Positions 1 to 11,151 of a DNA stretch of 64,000 nt are shown in pieces (within the stretch, counting starts at the first letter, position 1; each line of letters starts with the position of its first letter). Below the pieces are notes generated by a model. That model ran no database searches and was not told the DNA's origin. It saw nothing but the letters and a program-made list of their open reading frames with translations. Origin of the DNA: Candidatus Oxydemutatoraceae bacterium (lineage in GTDB: Bacteria > Pseudomonadota > Gammaproteobacteria > Poriferisulfidales > Oxydemutatoraceae); NCBI GenBank assembly GCA_965220085.1, contig CBDCOZ010000003.1, positions 864,001-928,000 of the forward strand, read 5' to 3'. Made by a program: the position numbers and the translations under genes.

Positions 1-138
1 ATCAGAATATCCTTGAATGGTTTTGTCCGTGTCCGCCATCTCAAGCCGCTTCTCGGCAAGGCAACCGTATTGCTCGTCAATTTCTATGCCGACATAGTTC
101 CTCCCCAGTTTTTTGGCCACAACCGATGTGGCGCCGGA
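1..138 (-). pseudogene. C-terminal fragment of an N4/N6 site-specific DNA methyltransferase (runs off the window edge)
   Basis: Minus-strand frame reads SGATSVVAKKLGRNYVGIEIDEQYGCLAEKRLEMADTDKTIQGYSD, resembling the GSGTT..A.KLGR.Y.GIE SAM-binding tail of beta-class MTases; the expected upstream DPF motif is replaced by unrelated sequence, so it is 5'-truncated. Confidence 0.55.
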
Positions 139-290
139 TAATTCTGTGTTATCGCAAAATCTGCCGCAAAGGGACGGGCGCGGCATATGGCATATTTTTG
201 CGGGGATGCAACCATATTTCATGCGCTTTGGTATAATGCGCTTGCTTATTTATTGGTAAGCCCCTTAACGATTAAGCAAAGATAACGATC

Positions 291-902
291 ATGAATTGCA
301 GATTATTAATGATTCCGGTACTGTTGCTGGCACAGCTGGCGGCGGCCGAAAGTAACGAAGATATTTATTCCAAGGTCGACACCTGCCTCGGTTGTCACGG
401 TGTTCCGTCCTATGCCAATGTCTACCCGAGTTATCATGTGCCCCGACTTGCGGGACAGCATGCCGAGTATCTGGCGGCGGCGTTGCGCGCCTACAAGAAT
501 AACGAACGCGATCATCCGACGATGCGCGCTCAGGCCAGCGGCATGAGCGAGCAAGATATTTTGGACATCGCGGCATATTTCTCCGCCCAGCCGGATGCCG
601 GCGATGACACGGCGGCAGTCAAGGCGCCGTCCTCGCGCCAAGATTTGCTCGCCGTCTGCGAGGCGTGTCACGGGCCGACCGGCAATAGCCCGTTGCCCGT
701 TAATCCGCGTATCGCCGGGCAACATCGCGATTACCTCTATCACGCCCTGATGTCCTATAAGAACGGCGCCAGAACCAACCCGATTATGGTCGGTATCGCC
801 GGCGCATTGACCGAGAACGATATGAAGGCGTTATCGGCATTCTTTGCCGCGAACTCGGGGCTCGGCACGATGGATGTCGGGCATTCGGCCCGCGCGCGTT
901 AA
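291..902 (+). CDS. Dihaem cytochrome c4/c553-type protein
   Basis: Signal peptide; two CxxCH motifs (CLGCH, CEACH), each followed by P.(L/I)AGQH..YL and a distal Met. Confidence 0.92.
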   Translation: MNCRLLMIPVLLLAQLAAAESNEDIYSKVDTCLGCHGVPSYANVYPSYHVPRLAGQHAEYLAAALRAYKNNERDHPTMRAQASGMSEQDILDIAAYFSAQPDAGDDTAAVKAPSSRQDLLAVCEACHGPTGNSPLPVNPRIAGQHRDYLYHALMSYKNGARTNPIMVGIAGALTENDMKALSAFFAANSGLGTMDVGHSARAR

Positions 903-940
903 AGCGCCGGGCGATTAGCCGAGAGCGTTCGCTTTGCGTT

Positions 941-1165
941 TTATTCGTCCGGCGTTTGGGCGACGATGGTCAATGCGTGCAACGCGCCGGTTTTGATCTC
1001 TTCCGTGACCGCGGCATACACCAACTGGTGACGTTTTACGGCGCTGAGATTGCGGAACCGCTCGCTGGTTATTTTGACTTCGTATTTTCTGTCGCCGCCG
1101 CTGACTGCAATGTCCGCTTTCGGAAACTGATTCGCGAGCAGTGTTTTGAGGTGTCGGTCATACAT
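941..1165 (-). CDS. BolA/IbaG family protein
   Basis: SERFRNLSAVKRHQLVYA...GALHALTI BolA motif; start moved to ATG 1165. Confidence 0.85.
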   Translation of the reverse strand: MYDRHLKTLLANQFPKADIAVSGGDRKYEVKITSERFRNLSAVKRHQLVYAAVTEEIKTGALHALTIVAQTPDE

Positions 1166-1208
1166 ACTGATATAATGATAACCTTTAATTGAGCGGAGAC
1201 TAAATAGG

Positions 1209-1961
1209 ATGATATTCCGGCAACTTTTTGAACCCACATCAAGCACTTATACCTACCTGATTGCCTGCCCCGATACGAGCCGGGCGGCGTTGATTGACCC
1301 GGTTCTGGAGACGTTTGATCGGGATATGCAAGTCGTTCGCGAACTCGGATTTCAACTCGCTTATACGATAGAGACGCATATCCATGCCGACCATATAACC
1401 AGCGCGCTGAAGCTCAAGGCATTGACCGGTTCGCAAATTGCCGGGCCGGCGATGGATGACCTGCTGTGTCGCGATGTCGGCCTGCGCGAAGGCGAAGCGC
1501 TGGCGGTCGGGAAAGTTGTGTTACACCCGCTCTTTACGCCGGGGCATACCGCCGCTCACCATGCTTATTTGATAGACGATAGCGCGCATAGCATGTTGTT
1601 TTCCGGAGACGCTTTGTTGATTGATGCGTGCGGGCGAACAGATTTTCAAGAGGGCGATGCCGGCACGCTTTATGATTCTATTCATCAGAAGTTTTATACG
1701 CTGCCCGACGACACGCTGGTGTATCCCGGGCACAACTATGACAAGCGTTGTTTGTCGAGTATCGGGCAGGAGAAATTGCGCAACCCGCGTCTGCGTCAAG
1801 GGATAGATCGCGAGCGGTTTGTGCGGATTATGGCCGAATTGGATTTGCCGTTGCCGGTCAAGATCGATTACGCCGTGCCCGGCAATGTGATGTGCGGCCA
1901 GTGCCCCGACAATTTGCCCGAGGGCGCGGTGCGGCTGTGCGAACCCCACGATCAGGGGTGA
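1209..1961 (+). CDS. Persulfide dioxygenase (ETHE1-like MBL-fold hydrolase)
   Basis: MIFRQLFEPTSSTYTYL, ETHIHADHIT, TPGHT, GDALLIDACGRTDFQEG, YPGH.Y, EKLRNPRL. Confidence 0.88.
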   Translation: MIFRQLFEPTSSTYTYLIACPDTSRAALIDPVLETFDRDMQVVRELGFQLAYTIETHIHADHITSALKLKALTGSQIAGPAMDDLLCRDVGLREGEALAVGKVVLHPLFTPGHTAAHHAYLIDDSAHSMLFSGDALLIDACGRTDFQEGDAGTLYDSIHQKFYTLPDDTLVYPGHNYDKRCLSSIGQEKLRNPRLRQGIDRERFVRIMAELDLPLPVKIDYAVPGNVMCGQCPDNLPEGAVRLCEPHDQG

Positions 1962-1977
1962 TGGTCGCCGCTGATTG

Positions 1978-2664
1978 TCACCGCTGATCGTCGCCGCCGA
2001 TGAGCGCGATGATCTCGCGCGCATGTTGGCGGACGGCCTCCATGCGGATAATCGGCACATCGGTTAACGCTTGCAGTTCTTGAAAGTTATCCGTGTCATC
2101 CGCCGCGTCCGCGGCTCGGGGCAAGCGGTTCAGTATGATCGCCAGCGTCTCAATGCCCAGAGCATCGGCCGCCATCAGGGACAGCAAGGTGTGGTTGATG
2201 CAACCGAGTTTGTCGGCCACGACGAGAAAAATCGGCAATCCGAGTTGGCGAATCAGATCGGCATTGGAGCGCTTGTCGGCAAGCGGTGACAACAAGCCGC
2301 CGGCGCCTTCGACGACGAGCGTTTCGTCATCGCGTTTGGCGCATACGGCGGCGAGATCGTCCGCTGTCATCGGTGTGTTTGCGAGTTTTGCGGCGTAGGC
2401 GGGGGAAGCCGCCGCGGCGAAGCGAAAGCCGCAAATTTGCTCGAGCGGCGGCGGATGTTTCATGGCCTTGGCCAGTTGCGTCGCATCGGCGGGCGTGAGC
2501 GCGCCGTCATCGTTTTGCCGGCAACCGCTCTCTGCCGGTTTGCGCGGCGCGGGGCGCAAGCCGTTTGCTTCCAGTATTTCGATTAGGCGGCCAGCAAATA
2601 TTGTTTTGCCAACACCTGTGTCAGTACCGGTGATAAACACCCCGTTATTGTCAGTATCGCGCAT
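1978..2664 (-). CDS. bioD: Dethiobiotin synthase
   Basis: FITGTDTGVGKT P-loop, KPAESG, VVEGAGG, LGCINHTLL. Confidence 0.95.
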   Translation of the reverse strand: MRDTDNNGVFITGTDTGVGKTIFAGRLIEILEANGLRPAPRKPAESGCRQNDDGALTPADATQLAKAMKHPPPLEQICGFRFAAAASPAYAAKLANTPMTADDLAAVCAKRDDETLVVEGAGGLLSPLADKRSNADLIRQLGLPIFLVVADKLGCINHTLLSLMAADALGIETLAIILNRLPRAADAADDTDNFQELQALTDVPIIRMEAVRQHAREIIALIGGDDQR

Positions 2665-2703
2665 TGTTGCTTGGAGAGAAGAATCAACTCCTTGTCGAAT
2701 AGT

Positions 2704-3621
2704 TTAAGATATTAACCGTGATTGTATTTCGCGATACTTTTGCGCCGTTGTATCGATGACTTCGGTTGGCAATGACGGCGGCGGCGGCGTTTTGTTCCAG
2801 TTCAGAGTTTCCAGATAATCTCTGAGAAATTGTTTGTCAAAGCTCGGAGGATTACTATCAGCAAATCGCAATTGCTGTTGCTGGCGCCATCTTTCGTATG
2901 AATTGGTATCCCAGAAGCGTGACGAATCAGGCGTAAGCACTTCGTCAATCAGCATTAGCTTGCCATCCGCATCAAGCCCGAACTCAAGTTTGGTATCAGC
3001 GATGATTATGCCTTTTTTATATGCGTATTCGGCACATTTGTCATAGATGAACAGGGCTTTCTCGCGCGCCTCCGCGGCCAGTTTCGGCCCTATCGTTTCG
3101 GCAACCGCTTCAAAGCTGATATTCACATCGTGTTCGCCTACGGCAGCTTTGGTTGACGGTGTGAAAATTGCCTGCGGCAGTTTGCTTGCCATCGTCAGTC
3201 GCTCCGGCAGTCGTATGCCGCAGACCGTGCCGTCGTGTTGGTAACTGTCCCAAGCGGAGCCGATGAGGTAACCGCGAACGATCGCTTCGATCGGCAAGGG
3301 CTTGGCTCTTTTGACAATCATGCTGCGCGCGGCGAGGGATTCGTCATCGGCAATCTCCGCAACGCAAGACGGGTCTATGTCGCTGCTGTGGTGATGTATG
3401 GTTTGTGATAAGTAGGCGAACCAGAACTGGCTGAGTTCATTTAGGATCTGCCCCTTGTCCGGGATGGCATCGTCCATGACGACATCAAATGCCGAAATCC
3501 GGTCGCTGGTGACGATCAGGAGATACTCCTCGTCTAAGGCGTAAACCTCTCTCACCTTGCCCTGATGCAACAAAGGCAGGGATTCAATTTGCGGCACGGC
3601 GGTGTTTAACGGAGTTGGCAT
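2704..3621 (-). CDS. purC: Phosphoribosylaminoimidazole-succinocarboxamide synthase
   Basis: [47 protein letters not shown]. Confidence 0.97.
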   Translation of the reverse strand: MPTPLNTAVPQIESLPLLHQGKVREVYALDEEYLLIVTSDRISAFDVVMDDAIPDKGQILNELSQFWFAYLSQTIHHHSSDIDPSCVAEIADDESLAARSMIVKRAKPLPIEAIVRGYLIGSAWDSYQHDGTVCGIRLPERLTMASKLPQAIFTPSTKAAVGEHDVNISFEAVAETIGPKLAAEAREKALFIYDKCAEYAYKKGIIIADTKLEFGLDADGKLMLIDEVLTPDSSRFWDTNSYERWRQQQQLRFADSNPPSFDKQFLRDYLETLNWNKTPPPPSLPTEVIDTTAQKYREIQSRLIS

Positions 3622-3694
3622 GGAAACATTCGTCAATTTATTTGCTAGAATAAACTATTCTACATTCAATTCGGAAATGATAAGAGGATTAGTG

Positions 3695-4198
3695 ATGAAT
3701 GACAAAGGCGGTTCGCCTCTTGTGGGCATCGTGATGGGCAGCAAAAGCGATTGGCCCGTTATGAGCCATGCGGCTAAGATGCTCGCGCAATTTGGCATTG
3801 CCCATGAGAAAAAGATTGTGTCGGCGCACCGTACGCCGGATCACATGTTCAAATATGCGAAACAGGCGAGCGAACGCGGCTTGCGTTGCATCATCGCCGG
3901 CGCCGGCGGCGCCGCCCACCTGCCGGGCATGATCGCTTCCTTGACGGCTTTGCCGGTGCTCGGCGTTCCGGTGCCGAGCAAACACCTCGGCGGCGAAGAC
4001 TCTCTCTTATCCATCGTGCAGATGCCCAAGGGGATTCCGGTGGCGACCTTTGCCATCGGCGAGGCGGGCGCGGCGAATGCCGGTTTGTTTGCGTGCGCGT
4101 TGCTCGCTGCGGAATCGGAAGACTTGCGGGGCGAGTTGGAAGCGTTTCGCCGCCGGCAACACGATGCCGTGATGGAGTCGGACCTTCCCGATGAATAA
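3695..4198 (+). CDS. purE: N5-CAIR mutase
   Basis: [43 protein letters not shown]. Confidence 0.97.
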   Translation: MNDKGGSPLVGIVMGSKSDWPVMSHAAKMLAQFGIAHEKKIVSAHRTPDHMFKYAKQASERGLRCIIAGAGGAAHLPGMIASLTALPVLGVPVPSKHLGGEDSLLSIVQMPKGIPVATFAIGEAGAANAGLFACALLAAESEDLRGELEAFRRRQHDAVMESDLPDE

Positions 4199-4212
4199 AT
4201 ACTTTTGCGGAT

Positions 4213-5379
4213 TTGGCGAAGATGCGTCCGCATAAACCGTTGCTGCCCGGTTCTGCGCTCGGTGTTTTCGGCGGCGGACAACTGGGGCGGATGTTTGTCC
4301 TCGCCGCTAAAAAATTGGGTTACCGTACGGTGGTATTCGCTCCTGAACATAAAGATGACAGCCCCGCCGGCAAGGAATCCGATGAGTATATACCAGGGGA
4401 TTACTTTGACAGTGACGCATTGTCGGAATTTGCAGGCAAGTGTGACGCTGTTACGACCGAGTTTGAGAACGTTCCGGCGGCGGCGTATGAGGCGGTTTGC
4501 GAGCGGTTGCCGGTCAGCCCGTCTCCCGCCGCATTGCGGATCGCACAGGACCGCATCGCCGAAAAGCAATTTTTGACGGATGCGGGTATCGCGGTCGCGC
4601 CGTATGCGGCGGTGACCGCCGACAGCGATCTCGGCGACGCGCTGGGCGATATGGTCTGGCCGGCGATTATAAAGACCGCTCGCTTCGGTTATGACGGCAA
4701 AGGGCAGCGCGAAGTCTGCAACATACAAGAGGTCGCCGCTGCGATGGCGCAGACGGCGGCCGAGAGTTATGTGGTCGAGCAGGCGATCGATCTGAAAGCC
4801 GAGTTGTCCGTCATATTGGCGCGCTCTGCTAATGGCGAATGCGAGTTCTATCCGGCGGCCGATAACGAACACCGCAACGGCATCTTGCATATCAGTTCGG
4901 CGCCCTCATCGCTTGATCCCGAGGTTCATAGTGAAGCGAGAGTCATTGCTCGTAAGGTTGCCGACGCGCTGGATTACTGCGGGGTTCTGGCGATAGAGTT
5001 TTTTCTGAGCGCCGATGACAAACTGATGGCAAACGAGATAGCGCCCAGACCGCACAACAGCGGGCACTATACGATAGACGCCTGTGTGGCATCCCAATTT
5101 GAGCAACAAGCAAGAGCGATGTGCGGTTTGCCCGCCGCATCGGCGCGGCTTTTGACGCCGGCGGTGATGGTCAACCTGCTCGGCGATCTATGGCATGACG
5201 GCGCGCCCGATTGGGGGGAGTTGTTGACGCAGCCCGATGTCAGGTTGCATCTCTATGGCAAGAGCGAGGCGCGGCCCGGACGCAAGATGGGGCATTTTTG
5301 TGTCATTGGAAAAGATGGAGAAGATGTCGCGGCGCTGCGCCGGCGCGCTTCGCGGCTGTACCAAAGGCTGAGCAAATGA
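4213..5379 (+). CDS. purK: N5-CAIR synthase
   Basis: GGGQLGRM, TTEFENVP, GYDGKGQ, NEIAPRPHNSGH, RPGRKMGH; follows purE. Confidence 0.97.
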   Translation: MAKMRPHKPLLPGSALGVFGGGQLGRMFVLAAKKLGYRTVVFAPEHKDDSPAGKESDEYIPGDYFDSDALSEFAGKCDAVTTEFENVPAAAYEAVCERLPVSPSPAALRIAQDRIAEKQFLTDAGIAVAPYAAVTADSDLGDALGDMVWPAIIKTARFGYDGKGQREVCNIQEVAAAMAQTAAESYVVEQAIDLKAELSVILARSANGECEFYPAADNEHRNGILHISSAPSSLDPEVHSEARVIARKVADALDYCGVLAIEFFLSADDKLMANEIAPRPHNSGHYTIDACVASQFEQQARAMCGLPAASARLLTPAVMVNLLGDLWHDGAPDWGELLTQPDVRLHLYGKSEARPGRKMGHFCVIGKDGEDVAALRRRASRLYQRLSK

Positions 5380-6395
5380 TACAAACCCGCGCGTTTAGAA
5401 TTTACCAAGACGACCCGTTTCATGCCGGCTTTGAAGAGGTCACGCTTGCGAGTCCCGACGAGGGAGAGCTTGTTGTTGCAATCAATTATTCGGGAATTAA
5501 TTACAAAGACGCGTTAGCCGGCAGCGGCCGCGCAAAAATATTGAGGAAAAGTCCGTTGACCGGCGGCATAGACCTTGCCGGCAAAGTGACGGAGAGTCGG
5601 TCACCGGATTTTGCTGTCGGTGATTGGGTATTAGCCAACGGCAGCGGTCTGAGCGAGACGATTGACGGCGGCTATGCTTCGCATGCGAAGATTCCGGCAG
5701 CTATTGCAATTCCTATTCCGCCAAACCTTGATGCGCGCAGAGCCATGTTGATTGGCACGGCCGGATTTACCGCAGCCTTGTCTGTCATGCAGATGCTGCG
5801 CAACGGTCAAAGGCCGTCGGCGGGGGCGGTAGCGGTCACCGGGGCGAGCGGCGGTGTCGGCAGTTTTGCGGCACATCTTTTGGCGCAGTCGGGCTTTGAA
5901 GCAGTCGCCGTATCGCGCAAGGCATCCGACAACTCGCCGTCTGCAAAAGAAGCCGATGCGTATTTGCGCGACTTGGGAGCGAGCGAGGTGATCGCAGCGC
6001 TCAATGCGCCCGCCGGTGACTTGGCCAAGGCGACATGGGGCGGCGGCATCGATTGTCTTGGCGGCGAGCCGTTGGCGAATTTGATCAAGACGACGAAGCC
6101 GCAAGGGAATGTCGCCGCCGTCGGTTTGGCGCAATCCGCCGAGTTACATGGGAGCGTCCTGCCGTTTATCATCCGCGGTGTCAATCTGCTGGGAATCACA
6201 TCGGCAAATTGTCCGCCGGCTGTGAAGCGCGCGGTTTGGCAAGCTCTCGGCGGCGAACTGCGCCCGTCCGACGCTTGTTTTGCGGCGGTTTTGCAACAAG
6301 AGGTCGCGTTATCGGATGTCCCCGCGCACTTTGAGCGGGTCCTGGCGGGCGAGGTGCGCGGGCGTATTTTGGTTGATTGTCGGGCGGCTACGTGA
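5376..6395 (+). CDS. YhdH/AcuI family MDR oxidoreductase (acryloyl-CoA reductase-like)
   Basis: YSGINYKDALA, GIDLAG, IGTAGFTAALS, VTGASGGVGS, LPFIIRGVNLLGI; ATGA overlap with purK stop. Confidence 0.88.
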   Translation: MIQTRAFRIYQDDPFHAGFEEVTLASPDEGELVVAINYSGINYKDALAGSGRAKILRKSPLTGGIDLAGKVTESRSPDFAVGDWVLANGSGLSETIDGGYASHAKIPAAIAIPIPPNLDARRAMLIGTAGFTAALSVMQMLRNGQRPSAGAVAVTGASGGVGSFAAHLLAQSGFEAVAVSRKASDNSPSAKEADAYLRDLGASEVIAALNAPAGDLAKATWGGGIDCLGGEPLANLIKTTKPQGNVAAVGLAQSAELHGSVLPFIIRGVNLLGITSANCPPAVKRAVWQALGGELRPSDACFAAVLQQEVALSDVPAHFERVLAGEVRGRILVDCRAAT

Positions 6396-6476
6396 TGTTT
6401 GTCTGCCGGCGGAAATGCCCCGCGCGCTGCGGGCTATTGCCGTTCGGGGGCGTTTTGCTTTACACTATGACCTAGC

Positions 6477-7484
6477 GTGGAACAGGAAAACATAACAAAC
6501 ACTTCTCCATCCAGCCTTCAATTAGATTCCAAAGGCCGTCTCCGGCATTTTCTCGACATCGGCGGTCTCTCGCGCGAGCACTTGACACATATTCTTGACA
6601 CGGCGGAGTCGTTTGCCGTCGATGACAAAAAGGTCGTCAGAAAAGTGCCGTTGCTGCGCGGCAGGACCGTGGTCAATCTGTTCTTTGAATCCAGCACCCG
6701 CACGCGTTCCACTTTTGAGTTGGCCGCAAAACGTCTTTCCGCGGATGTGCTGAACCTGAATATCGGCACCGCGGCGGTGCAAAAGGGCGAGTCGTTGCTG
6801 GACACGCTGAAAAACATGCAAGCGATGTCGGTCGATATGTTTGTCGTGCGTCACAGCGACAGCGGCGCCGCGCAATTCATCGCGCAACATACCGCCGCGG
6901 GCGTGGCGGTCGTCAATGCCGGCGACGGCGGTCACGCGCATCCGACGCAAGCCATGCTGGATATGTTTACCATCCGCCAACACAAAAAAGATTTTGCCGG
7001 TCTGCGGGTGGCCATCGTGGGGGACATACGCCATTCCCGGGTCGCGCGTTCGCAGATTGCCGCCTTGCGGATACTCGGTGTCAAAGACATTCGCCTAATC
7101 GCTCCCAAGACGCTGATCCCTTACGGCATTGAAGAGGCGCGCGCGCGGGTTTGTTGCGACAGCGCGGAAGGGCTTGTCGATGCCGATGTGGTCATCATGT
7201 TGCGCTTGCAGACCGAACGCATGCGCGGCGGCTTTTTGCCGAGTGCGAACGAATATTACCGTTACTACGGTTTGAATGCGAGGCGTCTTGCGTTGGCCAA
7301 GCCGGATGCCATCGTCATGCACCCGGGGCCGATCAACCGCGAAGTGGAGATCAGTTCGCTGGTCGCCGACGGCGAGCAGTCGGTAATCTTAGAGCAAGTG
7401 ACCTATGGCATCGCGGTCAGGATGGCGGTGATGTCGTTGGTTGTCAGCGGTCAGCGGGCGGCGGATAGCGGGGAAGAGATGTGA
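6477..7484 (+). CDS. pyrB: Aspartate carbamoyltransferase catalytic subunit
   Basis: [40 protein letters not shown]. Confidence 0.97.
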   Translation: MEQENITNTSPSSLQLDSKGRLRHFLDIGGLSREHLTHILDTAESFAVDDKKVVRKVPLLRGRTVVNLFFESSTRTRSTFELAAKRLSADVLNLNIGTAAVQKGESLLDTLKNMQAMSVDMFVVRHSDSGAAQFIAQHTAAGVAVVNAGDGGHAHPTQAMLDMFTIRQHKKDFAGLRVAIVGDIRHSRVARSQIAALRILGVKDIRLIAPKTLIPYGIEEARARVCCDSAEGLVDADVVIMLRLQTERMRGGFLPSANEYYRYYGLNARRLALAKPDAIVMHPGPINREVEISSLVADGEQSVILEQVTYGIAVRMAVMSLVVSGQRAADSGEEM

Positions 7485-8752
7485 GTATTTTGTTGCGTCA
7501 AGTGCGGCTGTATGGCGCTCGGCAAGCGCGGCCTTTGGACATTGCGATTGAGGGCGGCAAGATTATCGCCGTCGGGCAGGCGCCGCCGGCGTTTTGCCCG
7601 CAACGAACTATTGAGGCGCAAGGTATGTTCGCTATTCCGGGTATCGTGGATATGGGGGCGTATATGCGCGAGCCGGGGTATGAGCATAAGGCGACGATCG
7701 CTTCGGAGAGCAAGGCGGCGGTTGCCGGCGGAGTGACGACATTGGTCTGCATGCCGCAGACCCGTCCGGTGGTTGATTCTCCGACGACGGTCGAGTTGAT
7801 ACGCAACCGCGCTATCGCGGCGAACTTGTGCCGGGCGCTTATCGTCGGGGCGGCCACAAAAGGCTTGCGGGGAGAAGAACTGAGCGAGATGGGCGCGTTG
7901 AAAGAAGAAGGTTGTATCGCGGTCGGCAACTTGTTCAATCCGTTTGCCGAGCCGGCGATGTTAAAGCGAGTCCTTGAATATGCTTCGGGGTTTGGTCTGC
8001 CGGTGTTCTTCCATCCGCAAGATGCGTCGCTTGCGGGCAATGGCTGCGCCCACGACGGCGCGATAGCCACCCGCTTGGGCTTGACCGGCATTCCGATATC
8101 CGCCGAAACCGCCGCTTTGAGCCAGTGCCTGGCTCTGGTTGAGGATACCGGCGCTGCGGTGCATTTTTGTCGCCTATCTTGCGCGCGTTCGGTGGAGTTG
8201 TTGCGCGCGGCTCGGAACAGCGGTTTGCCGGTCAGCGCCGATGTCGCGATCCATCAGTTGCTGTTGACGGAAGCAAACTTGACAGACTTTGATTCCAATT
8301 ATCATGTGTTGCCTCCTCTGCGCAGCGAGGACGACCGCTTGGCGTTGCTTGAAGGTCTTAACGAAGGCGTCATCGATGCGATTTGTTCCGATCATCAGCC
8401 GCACGATATCGGTTCTAAGTTGGCGCCGTTCCCGTCCAGCGCGCCCGGGGTTTCGGCGCTGGAAACCGTGTTGCCTCTGGTGTTGCGGCTGGTCGCTGAC
8501 GGCGCGCTGAGCGCGCCGATCGCGTTGCAAAGAATCACTTCTTCCCCGGCCAAAATCCTGGGGATTGAGGCCGGGCGCATAGCGGCGGGCGCGCCCGCTG
8601 ATCTGTGTCTCTTTCGCCCCGATGAGGCGTGGGAACTGTCCGCGCAGACGATGCATAGCAGCGGTTTGAATACGCCTTTTTATGGCCGGCGTTTTTCGGG
8701 ACGCGCGCGCCTGACGATATGCGACGGGAAGCCGGTGTATGAAGCGCGGTAG
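7481..8752 (+). CDS. pyrC: Dihydroorotase-like protein, probably the inactive PyrC' (ATCase-associated)
   Basis: DHOase fold motifs (REPG, GGVTT, SDHQPH), but the metal-binding HxH is replaced ([10 protein letters not shown]); coupled to pyrB. Confidence 0.85.
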   Translation: MSILLRQVRLYGARQARPLDIAIEGGKIIAVGQAPPAFCPQRTIEAQGMFAIPGIVDMGAYMREPGYEHKATIASESKAAVAGGVTTLVCMPQTRPVVDSPTTVELIRNRAIAANLCRALIVGAATKGLRGEELSEMGALKEEGCIAVGNLFNPFAEPAMLKRVLEYASGFGLPVFFHPQDASLAGNGCAHDGAIATRLGLTGIPISAETAALSQCLALVEDTGAAVHFCRLSCARSVELLRAARNSGLPVSADVAIHQLLLTEANLTDFDSNYHVLPPLRSEDDRLALLEGLNEGVIDAICSDHQPHDIGSKLAPFPSSAPGVSALETVLPLVLRLVADGALSAPIALQRITSSPAKILGIEAGRIAAGAPADLCLFRPDEAWELSAQTMHSSGLNTPFYGRRFSGRARLTICDGKPVYEAR

Positions 8753-9605
8753 CATTTTTCTTGAACAAGCGCGTGTTGTTTCGCAGCGCGCTTTTGCCGG
8801 CGAACAATATGTCTTGAAGTTGCATGCGCCGCGCATAGCGGCGACAGCGGCGGCCGGTCAATTTATCCATGTTCGCTGCGGTGATGAGATACCTTTGCGG
8901 CGGCCGTATTCGCTCATGTCGGCGGATCAAGACGGCACGGCGGAGATATTGTATAAGGCTTCCGGCGCGGGCAGTCGCTTGCTCTCGGCGAAGTCGGCGG
9001 CGGATGAATTGAGCTGTTTGGGGCCGATAGGCAATGGTTTTGAATTGCATCCGAAGCGTCCATATGTATTGCTCATAGGCGGCGGTGTGGGCATTCCGCC
9101 GATGATATTTCTGGCACAAAGCGCGCACGGATGCGGCGGCTATCGCCCGATCGTGATGGCAGGGTCCGAGTTGCCTTTCCCTTTTGATCTGATGCCTTCT
9201 GCGTTGGCGGTTGCCGGTTGCGAGCCCGCCGCTATGACGATACGCTCGCTTGAGCAAGCGGCCATACCCGCCCGTCTTGCGAGTCGGCAAGGTTTCGCCG
9301 GCTGCTATGACGGCTATGTTGACGGCCTGGCGCGGCAATGGCTGAACGCAACCGATGCCCCCGCGGAGCAAATAGAACTCTTTGCTTGTGGTCCGCCGGC
9401 GATGCTGATGAGTGTCGGTCGCTTGGCGGCCGATTTTAATCTGCCGTGTCAGTTGGCTGTGGAAGAATATATGGCTTGTGCTGTCGGCGGTTGCGCGGGT
9501 TGCACGATTCCGGTTGTCAGTCGGGGGCGCAAAGCGATGCGGCGGGTTTGTGTTGACGGCCCCGTATTCTATGCGCACGAAGTGTTTCCAGACCTGTTTA
9601 AGTGA
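8739..9605 (+). CDS. pyrK: Dihydroorotate dehydrogenase electron-transfer subunit
   Basis: LRRPYS, GGGVGIPP, ACGPPAML, MACAVGGCAGC...RVCVDGPVF 2Fe-2S motif. Confidence 0.9.
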   Translation: MKRGSIFLEQARVVSQRAFAGEQYVLKLHAPRIAATAAAGQFIHVRCGDEIPLRRPYSLMSADQDGTAEILYKASGAGSRLLSAKSAADELSCLGPIGNGFELHPKRPYVLLIGGGVGIPPMIFLAQSAHGCGGYRPIVMAGSELPFPFDLMPSALAVAGCEPAAMTIRSLEQAAIPARLASRQGFAGCYDGYVDGLARQWLNATDAPAEQIELFACGPPAMLMSVGRLAADFNLPCQLAVEEYMACAVGGCAGCTIPVVSRGRKAMRRVCVDGPVFYAHEVFPDLFK

Positions 9606-10291
9606 TTGATTTGACGGATAATTTTGAGCGGGCGCGATGCCGGATTGCGGATGCTCAAAGGCGTTTTGGTCGCAAGCCGGGCAGCGTCAGCCTGCTGGCG
9701 GTCAGCAAATTTCACGGTGTCGATGCCGTCGCCGCCGCGGTCGCCGCGGGGCAACGGTGTTTTGCGGAGAATTATCTGCAAGAACTGCGGAGCAAATCCG
9801 CGGCGCTGACAGAGTTGTTTCCGGACACATCTATCGCGTGGCACTTTACCGGAAAGATTCAGAGCAAGAAAGCGCGCGGCATTGCAACATTATGCGATTG
9901 GGCGCATAGCGTCGATCGCATAGAGGTTGCGCGCAAGTTGAGCGAATGCCGCAGCGCCGCGCGCCCTTTGAATGTTTGTATCCAAGTCAATCTTGATAAC
10001 GAGGAAGGCAAGTCGGGCGCGCTGCCGGATGATCTGGAAGCGTTGGTTCGTGAGACCGCAACCTTGCCAAACCTCTGCGCGCGCGGATTGATGGCGATTC
10101 CCAAGCCGCGACAAAGGTTTGCCGGTCAGCGCGAGAGCTTCGCAAGGTTGCGCAAGCTGTTTGCCGCCCTGCAACCGGGCAACCCGTCGTGGGATACGTT
10201 GTCCATGGGTATGAGCGCGGATTTTGAAGCGGCGATTGCCGAAGGGGCGACGATAGTCAGGGTCGGAACGGCGTTATTTGGTCAGCGCTGA
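9602..10291 (+). CDS. yggS: PLP homeostasis protein YggS
   Basis: LLAVSK, ENYLQE, WHFTG.IQS, LSMGMSADFE.AI.EGATIVRVGTALFG. Confidence 0.95.
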   Translation: MIDLTDNFERARCRIADAQRRFGRKPGSVSLLAVSKFHGVDAVAAAVAAGQRCFAENYLQELRSKSAALTELFPDTSIAWHFTGKIQSKKARGIATLCDWAHSVDRIEVARKLSECRSAARPLNVCIQVNLDNEEGKSGALPDDLEALVRETATLPNLCARGLMAIPKPRQRFAGQRESFARLRKLFAALQPGNPSWDTLSMGMSADFEAAIAEGATIVRVGTALFGQR

Positions 10292-10355
10292 GTCGCAAGC
10301 GCTTGCAGTACCGCGCATGCATTGAGCGCTTGTGCTTGCGCTTGTCGCAAGGCGC

Positions 10356-10628
10356 TTAGAATAACCTCTTGCGGATGATGATGCCGGCCGTCATGTTCTT
10401 GAGCAGCGACAGCGTCGTATGCCATACCGAGTCGGTTTCGTTGAGCAAAGCCGCAAAGTCATCCCCAAGCGCGTTTGCCAGCTCTTTCACACGTCCTGCT
10501 CGCAACGTGCGCGGCGGGTGTTCGGATGACTTGTTCGGCAAATCTTCTTCCAGCCATAGCAAGCACATTTCTATTTTGAACAGTGTTGCAAGAGTCTCTT
10601 GTATGGGCGGAGACATAGTATTTGCCAT
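10356..10628 (-). CDS. Hypothetical protein (~90 aa)
   Basis: ORF starts 1 nt after the pyrR stop and fills the gap to yggS; no motif recognised. Confidence 0.4.
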   Translation of the reverse strand: MANTMSPPIQETLATLFKIEMCLLWLEEDLPNKSSEHPPRTLRAGRVKELANALGDDFAALLNETDSVWHTTLSLLKNMTAGIIIRKRLF

Positions 10629-10629
10629 G

Positions 10630-11151
10630 TCAATTCGCGCCGTCGTCATCGGCTTTGATGATTTCAATGCCGAGCCGGTCGGGCCCGCGCAACTTGATTT
10701 GTTCGTCGCGGCCGAGGGTTATATCGGCGCCGCGGATATCGGCGGCGACCGGCATTTCCCGTCCCCTGCGGTTAATGAGCACGGCGAGGGTAATCGCGGC
10801 GGGACGTCCGTAGTCGGCGATTTCATTGAGCGCCGCGCAGATGGTGCGTCCCGTATGCAATACGTCATCGACGAGAATGATATGTTGATTGTTGAGGTCG
10901 CTTTTTATGACGGACGGTTTGACCCGGGGATATAACCCGATACGGCTGAAATCGTCGCGATAGAAGTTAATGTCCAGGATGCCCGGTTCTTTTTTCAGTC
11001 CCAATTCCCGATGCAGTCGCTGCGCAATCCATACCCCTCCGGTGCGGATGCCAATCATGACCGGGTCCGCAGCCGAGAGTTTCCGTTCGGCCATCAGCGA
11101 CCGCAGATCGCCCGCCATTTTTTCAATGAGTTCTTCGGCTTGTGTATTCAT
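10630..11151 (-). CDS. pyrR: Bifunctional pyr regulator/uracil phosphoribosyltransferase
   Basis: GIRTGG, LDINFYRDD, IILVDDVLHTGRT, RRGREMPV. Confidence 0.92.
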   Translation of the reverse strand: MNTQAEELIEKMAGDLRSLMAERKLSAADPVMIGIRTGGVWIAQRLHRELGLKKEPGILDINFYRDDFSRIGLYPRVKPSVIKSDLNNQHIILVDDVLHTGRTICAALNEIADYGRPAAITLAVLINRRGREMPVAADIRGADITLGRDEQIKLRGPDRLGIEIIKADDDGAN

